From: Chloroflexota bacterium
GTDB lineage: Bacteria; Chloroflexota; Limnocylindria; Limnocylindrales; CSP1-4
DNA: 64,000 nucleotides
Direction of reading: 5' to 3'
Assembly (NCBI GenBank): GCA_025351245.1
Contig: JANXWH010000133.1
Location: 1,450 to 65,449 of the forward strand
Part shown: piece after piece, positions 36,032 through 45,362 of the stretch
Position numbering within the stretch: the stretch's first letter is position 1
Layout: each line of letters opens with the position of its first letter
Translations under genes and position numbers: made by a program
The notes under the pieces: generated by a model
Seen by the model: only the letters and a program-made list of their open reading frames with translations
Database searches by the model: none
What the model was told of the DNA's origin: nothing

Positions 36032-39000
36032 TCAGCCGGCCGGCGCCGGATCGGGGATCGCGCGCTCGCGTCGTCCTTCGCCGCCCGCGACGCGGTCGGC
36101 GATCGCCGTCGCCTCGTCCAGGCGGAGGCTGATCACCCGGCTGACCGCGTCATCGTCGACCGTGACCCCGAAGAGAGCGTCGGCCGCCTCGATCGTCCCG
36201 CGATTGTGCGTGATCACCACGAACTGGGTCGTGATGGCGAGACCTCGGAGCGCCTCGACGAACCGACCCACGTTCGCCTCGTCGAGCGCCGCATCGACCT
36301 CGTCGAGGACGCAGAACGGGACCGGCCGGACTTCGAGCATCGCGAAGAGGAGCGCCACGGCGGTCAGGGCGCGCTCGCCACCGGACAGCATCGAGAGCGC
36401 CTGGGCCTTCTTGCCGGGCGGGCGGGCCACGATCTCCACGCCCGTCGCCGCGAGGTCGGACGGGTCGGTGAGGCTGAGCCGGGCGAAACCCCCGCCGAAG
36501 AGCTGCTGGAAGCGGCGGTCGAAGGCCGCCTCGAGCGCGAGGAACGTGGCCCGGAACTGGGTCGCGATCAGCGTGTCGAGCTCCGCGATCAGTGCACGAG
36601 TCCTGTCGATCGCGCGGTCCAGGTCCCGGCGCTGCGCCTCCAGCTCCTCAAAGCGCGCTCGGACCGCCGCGTACTCCTCGGCCGCGAAGGGGTTTGCCGC
36701 GCCCAGCTCGTGGAAGCGGCGACGCAGCCCCGCCAGGCGGCCGGGCGGCGGCTCTTCCCCGGCCGGGACGCTGACCGCCCAGCGCTCGCCCGCCCGCGTG
36801 AGGGCGGCGGCGAGTCGGGCGCCGTCGTCGTCGTTCGGCTTCCCATCCGGCGACAGGCTGGTCGCCACGTCAAGCGCCTCGCCGACGTCACCGTCGCCGG
36901 CCGCTGCGAGCGCGCGGACTCCGAGTTCGCCGAGCCCGGCGAGCTCCACGAGCGCCTGCTCGCGGACGACGTCGATGCCCAAGCGGGATTCGAGCTCCTG
37001 CACGGTCACGGCGCGCAGCAGCTCGTCCGCGTGCCGCAGCGCGTTGCGCGATGCGATGACGGCCGTCTCCGCGAGGCGGAGCCGCTCGCGGTCCGCGGCG
37101 TCGGCGGCCAGGCCGAGGTCGAACGCGGTCCGAGCGGCCTCCTCCCGGACGGTCGCCGCCGCCAGGTCGACCTCACGCGCCTGGCGGCGTGCCTCCAGCG
37201 CTTCGTCGCGGATTGCGAGCCCAGCCGCCTCCGCATCCGCCCGGGAGAGTCGCTCCCCGGCGAGCGTGGCAGCCGCGTCGGCCCGGGCACGTCGGTCCTC
37301 CGCGGCTCGGCGCTGGATCTCCCGAGCCGCTCGGTCCGCGGCAAGGCGATCGCGCCTGCTGCGCAGGTCGGCCGCGCGGGCCTCCCAGACGGCCAGCGCG
37401 CCACCGACATCAGGCGGGGTTGCCCCGCCGTCCGTCGCCTGCGAGCCGTCGCCGCGGAGGGCAGATCCCGCACCGGGCTCGCCGCCTGCAAGGGCCGCGA
37501 GCCGTTCCGCCAGCACGGCACGCTCGGTGGCGATCGTGGCGGCTCGGGAGGCGTGCCAACCTGCCTCCCGGGTCGTCTGCTCCGCGTCGCGCGAGGCCCG
37601 TCGCTCCGTGTCTTCGGCGGACCGGCGTCGGGCGGCCGCGTCCACCTCTGCGCGTCGCGCGTCAGCGTGGCCCCCCCGGGTCGCGGCAGCCGCCGCCTCG
37701 GCGATCGCGAGCCGTCGTGTGGCGGCGTCGCGCTCGGATTCAGCGACGGCGAGATCGCGACCGACGGCCTCGGCTTCCGCGCGGCGCTCGAGCGGCGTGT
37801 CGGCGATCCCGAGACCGACCGTCCCGGCCGCGGTCACGACAGCGCCAGTCCGGGCCGCCACGCGCCAGCCCGAAGGCAGCGTCCCGGCGATCTCGATCGC
37901 GTCCGACAGCGTCGGCACCCACGCGCAACGGGCGAGAATCCGCGAGGCGGTGCCCGCGACGTCGCCCCGCACAGCGTCGGCGAGCAGGCCTCCCCCGACC
38001 CGGGCGACGCCGGCCCGGACGCCCGCGATCTCCGCGGCCACCGGCGCCGCCGCGCCCGGGCCCGCGGCGTCGTCGAGCACCAGGAGGCCCCGCTCTCCGG
38101 TCAGCGAGGCCAGGTGAGCGCGCCGAACGACGAACGACCGGGCCAGCTCGCCAAGCGCAGCCGAGACCGCGACGCGGAGGGCCGGGTCCACGTCGAGGCC
38201 GGCGGCCAGGGCGCGGCCGCCCACCCGCCGTGCCGCCCGACCGATGCCCCGCGTCTCGTCCTCCGCGAGCCGCGTCTGGAGCGCCTCCAACCGACCCCGC
38301 AGCGTGGCGGCTCGGGCACCGGCGGCAGCCGAGGCATCGGCCGCACCGAGGCGCGCGGCCTCCGTCGTTGCAGCTGCCGAGCGCGCGGCGTCGCGCGCCG
38401 CGGCCGCGGTCGTCTCTGCCGCACGGGCGGCACCGGCCGACTTCCGGAGCGCCTCGAGCTCCGCCTCGAGCTCCGACGAGCGGGCCCCGGCAGTCTCGGC
38501 CGACGCGCTCTCGTCGGCCAGGCGTCGATCAACGTCGGCCATGCGACGCCGGACCCCATCCAGCTCGGCGGCACGGGTGATGCTCGCGCGCCGGAGGGCC
38601 GACTCGGCCTCAGTGCGTGCGGCCGTGGCGGCCCGCAGCGCCTGGGCCTCGCCGCGCGCCTCCGCGAGCGCGCGGTCCACGTCCGCCAGCTCCTCGTCGA
38701 GCGCCGGCTCCGGCTCGGGCATCGGGAGCGCAAGCTCGCGACTGCGGGCGGCGAGCTCCGCTTCCGCCGCCGCGCGCTCCGCGGCCAGCCGCTCGCGGTC
38801 TCGGGCGATCCCGGCGGCCTCCGCCGAGGCGCGTGCCGCGTCGAGCTGGTGGACCGCGAGCGCTGCCCGGGTCACCTCGTGCGCGGCCCGCGCCGCCCGC
38901 TCCGCGTCCGCGCCCGCGGCGAGATCGCGCGTCGCGTCGGCTCCACTGTTCTCGGCGACCTGCAAGGCGTCGAGCGCGACCGCGGCCGCCCGCCGCGCGC

Positions 39001-39757
39001 TTCCCAGCTCGCGGTCGGCGTGACGATGCGCCGACGCAACCGCGTTCCAGCGCGTCCCGAGGCGTGCGACAAGCGCAGCCGCCAGCTCCTCCCCGGCGCG
39101 GGCGCGCGTCGCCTGCTGCTCAGCCTGGGCAGCCAGGCGGCGCGCCTGCGGGCGCAGCTCGCCGAGGATGTCCTCCACCCGCGCGAGATTCGCGGTCGCC
39201 TCCTCCAGTTGCTCCTCGGCCTTGCGACGCCGCCGTTCGTGGCGGCGCACCCCGGCCACCTCCTCGAAGAGCGGCCGCCGCTCCTCGGGCCGCAGCGCCA
39301 GCGCCTGGTCCACCATGCCCTGGCCGATGAACAGGAAGGCATTCTCGGCAAGGTGCGCCGCGTCGAGGAGGTCGACGAGGTCGCGGAGGCGGACGCGCTG
39401 GCGATTCACGAAGTAGTCGTTCTCGCCCGAGCGATACAGGCGCCGCCCCAGCTCGAGCTGGGCGAAGTCCACCGGGACCAGCCCGTCCGCGTTGTCGAGC
39501 ACGAGCGAGACGTCCGCCATCCCGAGCGCGGAGCGGCGCTCCGAACCAGCGAACACGACGTCCTCGGACCTGCGCGAGCGAATGGCGCGGCCCTGCTCGC
39601 CGAGCGTCCAGCGCAACGCGTCGGCGAGGTTGCTCTTGCCCGAGCCGTTGGGGCCGACGACCGCATTGATCCCCGGCGCGAACTCGACCACCGTTCGCTC
39701 GGCGAAGGACTTGAACCCCTGCAACCGGAGCGCGACGAGGCGTGCGCTCCGGCTCAT
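36032..39757 (-). CDS. smc: Chromosome segregation protein SMC
   Basis: N-terminal Walker A FAPGINAVVGPNGSGKSNLADAL, a very long Ala/Glu/Arg-rich coiled coil, a hinge, and the C-terminal LSGGERALTAVALLFAM...DEVDAALD. Confidence 0.9.
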   Translation of the reverse strand: MSRSARLVALRLQGFKSFAERTVVEFAPGINAVVGPNGSGKSNLADALRWTLGEQGRAIRSRRSEDVVFAGSERRSALGMADVSLVLDNADGLVPVDFAQLELGRRLYRSGENDYFVNRQRVRLRDLVDLLDAAHLAENAFLFIGQGMVDQALALRPEERRPLFEEVAGVRRHERRRRKAEEQLEEATANLARVEDILGELRPQARRLAAQAEQQATRARAGEELAAALVARLGTRWNAVASAHRHADRELGSARRAAAVALDALQVAENSGADATRDLAAGADAERAARAAHEVTRAALAVHQLDAARASAEAAGIARDRERLAAERAAAEAELAARSRELALPMPEPEPALDEELADVDRALAEARGEAQALRAATAARTEAESALRRASITRAAELDGVRRRMADVDRRLADESASAETAGARSSELEAELEALRKSAGAARAAETTAAAARDAARSAAATTEAARLGAADASAAAGARAATLRGRLEALQTRLAEDETRGIGRAARRVGGRALAAGLDVDPALRVAVSAALGELARSFVVRRAHLASLTGERGLLVLDDAAGPGAAAPVAAEIAGVRAGVARVGGGLLADAVRGDVAGTASRILARCAWVPTLSDAIEIAGTLPSGWRVAARTGAVVTAAGTVGLGIADTPLERRAEAEAVGRDLAVAESERDAATRRLAIAEAAAAATRGGHADARRAEVDAAARRRSAEDTERRASRDAEQTTREAGWHASRAATIATERAVLAERLAALAGGEPGAGSALRGDGSQATDGGATPPDVGGALAVWEARAADLRSRRDRLAADRAAREIQRRAAEDRRARADAAATLAGERLSRADAEAAGLAIRDEALEARRQAREVDLAAATVREEAARTAFDLGLAADAADRERLRLAETAVIASRNALRHADELLRAVTVQELESRLGIDVVREQALVELAGLGELGVRALAAAGDGDVGEALDVATSLSPDGKPNDDDGARLAAALTRAGERWAVSVPAGEEPPPGRLAGLRRRFHELGAANPFAAEEYAAVRARFEELEAQRRDLDRAIDRTRALIAELDTLIATQFRATFLALEAAFDRRFQQLFGGGFARLSLTDPSDLAATGVEIVARPPGKKAQALSMLSGGERALTAVALLFAMLEVRPVPFCVLDEVDAALDEANVGRFVEALRGLAITTQFVVITHNRGTIEAADALFGVTVDDDAVSRVISLRLDEATAIADRVAGGEGRRERAIPDPAPAG

Positions 39758-40518
39758 GACGCGTCGGGCCCCGGCCCGCCTCCCCGACCCGCCGGACGGC
39801 GAGCGGCGCGGCGTCCGAGCGCGTCGAGGCCCGCCTCGGCAGCGGCGGTCTCCGCGGTCCGGAGCGAGCTCCCGGTCCCCGTCCCGATCACTTCCCCGGC
39901 CACCGCGACCTCCACCACGAATTCCTTCGCGTGGTCCGGGCCCGACGACTGCACAAGGCGGTAATCCGGACGTTCGCCCGACCGCTGGGTCAGCTCCTGG
40001 AGCCGACTCTTCGGGCTCTTGAGGGTGCCCGCGGGCGCATCAGCTGCGAGCTCCGGCGCCGCGAGGACAAGCAGCCAGTCGCGAACCTCGGTCCACCCGC
40101 GATCCAGGAAGATGGCGCCCGCCACGGCCTCGAACGCGCATGCCAGCAAGGCCTCCCGCGCTCGCCCTCCTCGCTGGGCCTCGCCCTCGCCGAGCAGGAT
40201 CGCGTTGCCGAGGTCGATGCGGCGGGCCAGCCGGGCGAGCCCCTTCGCGCTCACGATCGAGGCGCGGCGCGCCGAGAGGACGCCCTCGTCGTCCGCGGGA
40301 TGGCGGGCGTGGAGGGCCTCCGAGACAACGAGGCTGATCACCGAATCGCCGAGGAACTCCAGGCGCTCGTTGTGGCCCGGCGCTGCACCAGGGTGCTCGT
40401 GGAGCCAGCTTCCGTGGATCAGGGCACGCTCGAGCAGGCCGGGGTCACGGAATGCAATCTCAAGGCGCGCGGCCAACGCCGCGGCCGAGCGCGACGCTGG
40501 CGGATCGTCCCCCGGCAA
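39754..40518 (-). CDS. rnc: Ribonuclease III
   Basis: The ERLEFLGDSVISLVVSEALHARHP signature is followed by a dsRBD at the C-terminus. The start overlaps the smc stop by 4 nt. Confidence 0.9.
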   Translation of the reverse strand: MPGDDPPASRSAAALAARLEIAFRDPGLLERALIHGSWLHEHPGAAPGHNERLEFLGDSVISLVVSEALHARHPADDEGVLSARRASIVSAKGLARLARRIDLGNAILLGEGEAQRGGRAREALLACAFEAVAGAIFLDRGWTEVRDWLLVLAAPELAADAPAGTLKSPKSRLQELTQRSGERPDYRLVQSSGPDHAKEFVVEVAVAGEVIGTGTGSSLRTAETAAAEAGLDALGRRAARRPAGRGGGPGPDAS

Positions 40519-40531
40519 GGGCCGGGCGCGA

Positions 40532-40768
40532 TCAGCTGGCGTGCTCGTCGATGTAGTCGGAGGCGTCCTGGACGGTCCGGATCTTCTCGGCTTCCTCGTC
40601 CGAGATCTCGATCCCGAACTCCTCCTCGAGACTCATGATGAGCTCGACGAGGTCGAGCGAGTCCGCGTTCAGATCGTCGACGAACGAGGCCTCGGGCAGA
40701 ACCTCCGCCTCGTCGACGCCGAGCTGCTCGACAACGATCTTCTTCAGCCGCTCGTACGTGGTCGCCAC
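40532..40768 (-). CDS. acpP: Acyl carrier protein
   Basis: [63 protein letters not shown], with the DSL phosphopantetheine site. The GTG start is preceded by GGAGGGAG. Confidence 0.9.
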   Translation of the reverse strand: MATTYERLKKIVVEQLGVDEAEVLPEASFVDDLNADSLDLVELIMSLEEEFGIEISDEEAEKIRTVQDASDYIDEHAS

Positions 40769-41310
40769 TTGCCTGCTCCCTCCTGGAGTCCTGCGGGTTC
40801 GTCGGGGTCTGGGTTCCGGACGGGCCCGTTGGAGCCACCGGCCGCGGTCTCCCTGGCGATGCGTCCGAGGACACCGTTCACCAGGCGTCGGGCCGGGTCC
40901 CCTCCGTAGACCCTTGCCAGCTCGACCCATTCGGCGATCGCCACGCGGGCCGGCGTTGCGGGCGAGTGTAGCACCTCGCCAATGCCCACACGGAGCAGGA
41001 CGCGGTCCATCCGGGCCAGCGTCACGACCGGGTACTGGGGCGCCGCGGCCTCGATTCGCGCGTCGATCTCGTCGCGGTTCGCGGCGACGGCGCCAACCAG
41101 GAGACGAGCATAGACGACCGTCTCCGGGTCGCCCTCGGTCTCGGCGAGATGACGCTCCAGCACGACCGTTGCAGTCCGCTGGCCGAACTCGGCCTCGAAC
41201 AGCGACGCGAGCGCCAGGCGGCGGGCGGCCCGCCGGGCGCGGGGAAGGTCGCCCCGGCCTCCGGTTCGCGGCGCCCGGCCGGCTGCGGGATCGGCGCGCG
41301 GCTCAGGCAC
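40744..41310 (-). CDS. nusB: Transcription antitermination factor NusB (start uncertain; C-terminal tail overlaps the acpP start region)
   Basis: [17 protein letters not shown]...[49 protein letters not shown]...[32 protein letters not shown]. There is no ATG. The GTG at about 41310 overlaps the upstream asp23 stop. Confidence 0.7.
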   Translation of the reverse strand: MPEPRADPAAGRAPRTGGRGDLPRARRAARRLALASLFEAEFGQRTATVVLERHLAETEGDPETVVYARLLVGAVAANRDEIDARIEAAAPQYPVVTLARMDRVLLRVGIGEVLHSPATPARVAIAEWVELARVYGGDPARRLVNGVLGRIARETAAGGSNGPVRNPDPDEPAGLQEGAGKWRPRTSG

Positions 41311-41617
41311 CGACGCCGTCGACGATGACGCTGACGGCACCCAACTCAAGGCCGAGCAGGCGCTCGATCGCCGCAGCGACCGCGATCCGCACCTCCGCAA
41401 CGAGGCGCGGCAACGGCTGGGCGGCACGCGCGACGACCACGACGCGCGCCTCCACGGCACCATCCCGCAGTCGGATCCCGACCGCTCGTCCGGAGAGGGC
41501 GCGTCGCCACGCCGGGCCGCCCCGCCCGACCCGCAGGACGCCCGGCACCTCGAGCGCCGCTCGCCGGACCACGTCGCGGATGACCGGGTGGCTGACGGCG
41601 AGCCCGGGCGCGGTCAT
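41303..41617 (-). CDS. Asp23/Gls24 family envelope-stress protein
   Basis: MTAPGLAVSHPVIRDVVRRAALEVPGVLRV...AEVRIAVAAAIERLLGLELGAVSVIVDGV. Its position directly upstream of nusB matches B. subtilis yqhY-nusB. The ATG at 41617 overlaps the plsX stop as ATGA. Confidence 0.7.
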   Translation of the reverse strand: MTAPGLAVSHPVIRDVVRRAALEVPGVLRVGRGGPAWRRALSGRAVGIRLRDGAVEARVVVVARAAQPLPRLVAEVRIAVAAAIERLLGLELGAVSVIVDGVGA

Positions 41618-42729
41618 GCCGTGGCCCCCGCTGCCGGTGGCGGTGCCGACGTCCCACCGGGTTTCCCCGCCGCGCTGGCTTCCGACATTGCCGCGGCCGC
41701 CACAGGCACCCGGAACGTCTCGCCGATCAGCTCCGGCAGGCGCGTCCTGGCCGCGGCCGCGCCCACGGCGATCGCGTGTTTCACCATCCGCCGCTTCGCC
41801 CGGCCGTGGGTGATGATCACCGTGCCGCGCACGCCCAGCAGCGGCGACCCTCCGAGGACCTCGTAGTCGAACGTGGCCCGGATCCGGTCGATCCCCGGCC
41901 GCATCAGGATGTACGCGAGCCTGCCACGCAGGCCGGCAGCGAACTCCTTCCGCCACAGGTCAAAGATGAAGCCGGAGAGGCCCTCGAAGAACTTGATCGT
42001 CACGTTGCCGAGGACCGCGTCACAGACGACGACGTCCGCCGGGTGATGGACCAGGTCCTTGCCTTCCACGTTGCCGGTGAAGTTGAGGCCGGACCCGTCC
42101 AGGAGCGTGGTCGCGCCCTGGATCCGGGCGTCGCCCTTCCCCTTCTCCTCGCCGATGGAGAGGAGCGCCACGCGCGGGCGCGTCACACCAAGGGCCCGCT
42201 CGGCAAAGAGCGATCCCATGTGCGCGTATTGGAGGAGGTTCTCGGCGGTCGAATCCGGGTTCGCGCCGATGTCGAGCAGGACGAACGGGCCGGAATCGGT
42301 GATGAGTTGGACCGCCAGCGCCGGCCGGTCCACGCCCGGCACGCGGCCCAGCCGCAGGACCGCGGCAGCCATCGCCGCGCCGGTGTGCCCGGCCGTGATC
42401 ACCGCGTCCGCCTGGCCACGCTTCACGAGGTCGCACGCGACGAGGATCGAAGCGTCGCGCTTCTCGCGCAATGCGAGGGCCGGCTGCTCGTGCATCTCGA
42501 TGACCTGGCTCGCCGGCTCGAGCACGACGTTGGCAGGCAGCGACGCGCCGACGAGCGCCCGAACGCGTTCCGGGTCGCCGACGAGGATCAGGTCGTCGTC
42601 CGGGCACTCGGCCGCGTAGAGGAGGGCGCCGGCGACGACCTCGTCCGGCGCGTGGTCGCCCCCCATCGCATCGATCGCGAGGCGAACCTTCCGGGCGTGC
42701 TCAACGCCGCGGACGGTCTTGAGATCCAT
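41614..42729 (-). CDS. plsX: Phosphate acyltransferase PlsX
   Basis: RLAIDAMGGDHAPDEVVAGALLYA...VITAGHTGAAMAA...LLDIGANPD. The ATG at 42729 has the SD GGAG. The 535-aa track ORF is an over-extension. Confidence 0.9.
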   Translation of the reverse strand: MDLKTVRGVEHARKVRLAIDAMGGDHAPDEVVAGALLYAAECPDDDLILVGDPERVRALVGASLPANVVLEPASQVIEMHEQPALALREKRDASILVACDLVKRGQADAVITAGHTGAAMAAAVLRLGRVPGVDRPALAVQLITDSGPFVLLDIGANPDSTAENLLQYAHMGSLFAERALGVTRPRVALLSIGEEKGKGDARIQGATTLLDGSGLNFTGNVEGKDLVHHPADVVVCDAVLGNVTIKFFEGLSGFIFDLWRKEFAAGLRGRLAYILMRPGIDRIRATFDYEVLGGSPLLGVRGTVIITHGRAKRRMVKHAIAVGAAAARTRLPELIGETFRVPVAAAAMSEASAAGKPGGTSAPPPAAGATA

Positions 42730-42778
42730 CGGCGGGCTCCGTAGTGGGGGCGCCAAGAACGCGACGCCTGCCCGGCCG

Positions 42779-42979
42779 TCAGGAGGCGGCCTCGCCGCCC
42801 TTCTTCTTGAGATCCACGACCTGGCGACCGCGGTAGTAGCCGCAGTTCGGGCAGGCGTGGTGGGAGCGCCGCATCTGGTGACAGTGCGGGCATTCGACGA
42901 GGCTGGGCGCGGTGAGCGCGAGGTGCGAGCGGCGGTCGCCCTGCCGGGCGTGCGAAACCTTGCGCTTCGGGAGACCCAT
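42779..42979 (-). CDS. rpmF: 50S ribosomal protein L32
   Basis: MGLPKRKVSHARQGDRRSHLALTAPSLVECPHCHQMRRSHHACPNCGYYRGRQV. Confidence 0.9.
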   Translation of the reverse strand: MGLPKRKVSHARQGDRRSHLALTAPSLVECPHCHQMRRSHHACPNCGYYRGRQVVDLKKKGGEAAS

Positions 42980-43097
42980 CGGGGTGGTCGCTCCTCTGGT
43001 GTCGGGCGGCGCGCGGGGGCGGGAACCGCCGGGTCGTCGGGTTCAGGGCGCGTCGTCGCGAGCCGCGTGACGGGCCGAAGCCGGAGTGTAGCGGGTT

Positions 43098-43655
43098 TCA
43101 GGCCTCCGCGCCCGGGTGGAAGTCGCGGAGCACATCCAGCCGAGGATCGATCGGCACGTCGGGGTGGGCGTGCGGGCCCAGGTTTCGATCGGCGCCGCAG
43201 AGCGGGCAGAGTCCCTCGCACTCCGGGCGGCAGAGCGGGACGATCGGCGCGGCCAGCTGGATCGCCTCGCGCACGAGCGTCTCGAGATCCATCTCGTGGT
43301 GGTCGGAGAGCCGCGGGACGTCGGGCTCAAGGGATCGGTCAAGCGGCTGGCCGGTCCCGATGTCAAGGCTGGGCAGAAACTCCTCGTGGAGCTCCAGCTG
43401 GAGCGGCACGCGCACGGGCACCAGGCAGCGCCCGCAGGTATCCGCGAGCGCGGTCCCGACGTGCCCGGTCACGAGGAGCCCGCGATTTGTCCGCGCGACG
43501 TGAGCGCTGCCCGCCATCGGCTCGGCCTGGGCAAGGCCTTCCCCGAGGTCGATCGTGACGCCTTCGAAGGCGAGGTCGCGGAACGCGCCTGGCGCTTCGG
43601 CGAGGAGTCCGGCGAGGTTGAAGAGGAGCGGGCGGTCGTCAGGCCCGACCGTCAC
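43098..43655 (-). CDS. yceD: YceD/DUF177 family protein (large-subunit ribosomal protein accumulation)
   Basis: The C-terminal CRPECEGLCPLCGADRN zinc-ribbon-like motif is typical of YceD, and the gene sits immediately upstream of rpmF. The GTG start is at 43655. Confidence 0.8.
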   Translation of the reverse strand: MTVGPDDRPLLFNLAGLLAEAPGAFRDLAFEGVTIDLGEGLAQAEPMAGSAHVARTNRGLLVTGHVGTALADTCGRCLVPVRVPLQLELHEEFLPSLDIGTGQPLDRSLEPDVPRLSDHHEMDLETLVREAIQLAAPIVPLCRPECEGLCPLCGADRNLGPHAHPDVPIDPRLDVLRDFHPGAEA

Positions 43656-44169
43656 CGCACCGAACCGCGGTCGTCCGCAACGACGTCGGGTTGCTCGTCG
43701 TACGGCTGACTGTCGACCGCAGCCCCCACCGGGCCGCGCCGCTCGTCGAGCAGCTCGATCCCGCCGCGGATGCTCTGGAGGGCTTTCACGACCTCGCCCT
43801 CCAGGTGGACGAGGACGTCCGCGGCGTACTCGTCCGAGCCGCGCCGGACGTCGGCTGCCTCCCCGAGCGCATCCTGGACGATCCGGACCCCTGGGCCTCC
43901 GCCGCCTCGGTCAGGCCCCGTTCATCGATGAGGAACGCCGCCTGTTCCTGCGCCTTCGCGACGATCCGCTCGGACTCCTGCTGCGCCCGCTCGAGAATCC
44001 GCTCGCCCTCGGCGTTGATGCGCCGGGCGGACTGGACCTCCTCCGGCACGGCGTGGCGCAACTCATCGACGAGATCGAGGGCCGCAGCCTGGTCCAGGAT
44101 GACGTTCGACGTCAGCGGGAGCTTCCTCCCGTTGGCGATCATCGCCTCCAGGCGCTCGACGAAGAACAT
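43652..44169 (-). pseudogene. Coiled-coil protein of unknown function split by an apparent +1 frameshift near 43885 (a C/G homopolymer run)
   Basis: Frame A (44169 to about 43885) reads MFFVERLEAMIANGRKLPLTSNVILDQAAALDLVDELRHAVPEEVQSARRINAEGERILERAQQESERIVAKAQEQAAFLIDERGLTEAAEAQ. Frame B (about 43885 to 43652) reads RIVQDALGEAADVRRGSDEYAADVLVHLEGEVVKALQSIRGGIELLDERRGPVGAAVDSQPYDEQPDVVADDRGSVR*. Frame B has no start of its own, and frame A degenerates into low complexity after the junction. Confidence 0.5.
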
Positions 44170-44227
44170 GATATCGATGGGACCGCCCTCCGCGCGCGGG
44201 CGTCGAGATCGCCCGGTCTGGGACGGA

Positions 44228-44746
44228 TTATCGCACGCGGAAGGGCGTCTCCTCAGCCGCGGCCACGGCCACCAGGCGGTCCGCGACCGAAGGCGGGACC
44301 ATTCCGGTGGGGTCGCCGCCGAACCGGACGATCTCCCTGACCAGGCTGGACGAGAGGTAGCCGTATTCGAGCGCCGTCATGAAGAAGACCGTGTCGATCT
44401 CCGGAGCCAGCCGGTGGTTCATGTGGGCCATCTGGAGCTCCGCCTCGAAGTCGCTCACGGCCCGCAGCCCGCGAACCACGTAGCGCGCGCCCAACTCGCG
44501 GCAGGCGTCCACGGTCAGGCCGGCGAACGGACGGACGTCCACGCGGTCCGCGAGATCCGGGAGCGCCTCCCTGACGCCGGAGGCGATCGTGGCCACGCGC
44601 GCGTCAACGTCGAGCATGGGTGCCTTCTTCGGGTTGACGAGGACGGCGACCACGACCCGCTCGAAGACGCCCAGCGAGCGTCGCAGCACGTCCAGGTGCC
44701 CGAGCGTGATCGGATCGAACGAGCCGGGGTAGATCGCGACACGCAT
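44228..44746 (-). CDS. coaD: Phosphopantetheine adenylyltransferase
   Basis: MRVAIYPGSFDPITLGHLDVLRRSLGVFERVVVAVLVNPKK... The ATG at 44746 has the SD GGAG. The upstream part of the ORF is junk. Confidence 0.9.
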   Translation of the reverse strand: MRVAIYPGSFDPITLGHLDVLRRSLGVFERVVVAVLVNPKKAPMLDVDARVATIASGVREALPDLADRVDVRPFAGLTVDACRELGARYVVRGLRAVSDFEAELQMAHMNHRLAPEIDTVFFMTALEYGYLSSSLVREIVRFGGDPTGMVPPSVADRLVAVAAAEETPFRVR

Positions 44747-44759
44747 CGCACGCTCCGCC

Positions 44760-45362
44760 TCAGGCGCCGAACGGCGGTGGCACGTCCTCCGGGGCGGCGC
44801 GCCGGTAGAAGACGACCAGGGTCTCGCCGAACCGGCGTTCCCGCGTCGATCGTAGCAGCCCCGCCGTCGGCGGCGGCGGCAGCTTCCCGAAGCCGGTGGC
44901 GACCACGAGAGCGTCGGGTCCGATCGGCCCGTCCGGCGCCCCGAGCTGCCGGAGGCACCCCTCGCGGAGCTCCACCTCTGCATAGGGCGGGTCGAGGATG
45001 ACGACGTCGAAGGGGCCGTCGGCGGCGGCGGGACCTCGCAGGTAGGCGAGCGCGTCCGCGCGAACGACCCGGGCCCGGTCTGCAACGCCCGCCCGGCGAA
45101 GGTTCTCGGCGATCACGCGGCAGGTCCCGGAGTCGCGCTCCACGAGGACCGCGCGGCTCGCCCCCCGCGAGAGCGCCTCGATGGCGGCGCCGCCGCTCCC
45201 GGCACAGAGGTCGAGGACGGCCGCGTCCAGGAGCGCCGGCTCCAGTGACCCGAAGACCGCCTGCTTCACCCGGTCGGCCAGCGGCCGCGTCCCGGCCCCA
45301 GGGGCGGCCAACCGGACCCCGCGCGCCGAGCCGGCGATGACGCGGCCGGCATCGGCCACCAC
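44760..45362 (-). CDS. rsmD: 16S rRNA (guanine966-N2)-methyltransferase RsmD
   Basis: VLDLCAGSGGAAIEALSRGASRAVLVERD...VVILDPPYAE. It is adjacent to coaD as in many genomes. Confidence 0.85.
   Translation of the reverse strand: MVADAGRVIAGSARGVRLAAPGAGTRPLADRVKQAVFGSLEPALLDAAVLDLCAGSGGAAIEALSRGASRAVLVERDSGTCRVIAENLRRAGVADRARVVRADALAYLRGPAAADGPFDVVILDPPYAEVELREGCLRQLGAPDGPIGPDALVVATGFGKLPPPPTAGLLRSTRERRFGETLVVFYRRAAPEDVPPPFGA

Noticed and set aside
35993-39964. 1323-aa plus-strand ORF. Similar giant plus-strand ORFs exist at 9181..11922 (913 aa), 15113..17479 (788 aa), 55517..57745 (742 aa), 23501..25489 (662 aa), 47660..49603 (647 aa), 177..1751 (524 aa) and 19359..20786 (475 aa).
   Set aside because: They are antisense to smc, pnp, infB, priA and other genes whose products are unambiguously recognisable. 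Their translations are Arg/Gly/Pro/Asp-rich low complexity. They exist only because 72% GC DNA with GC-rich third positions has very few stop codons on the opposite strand.
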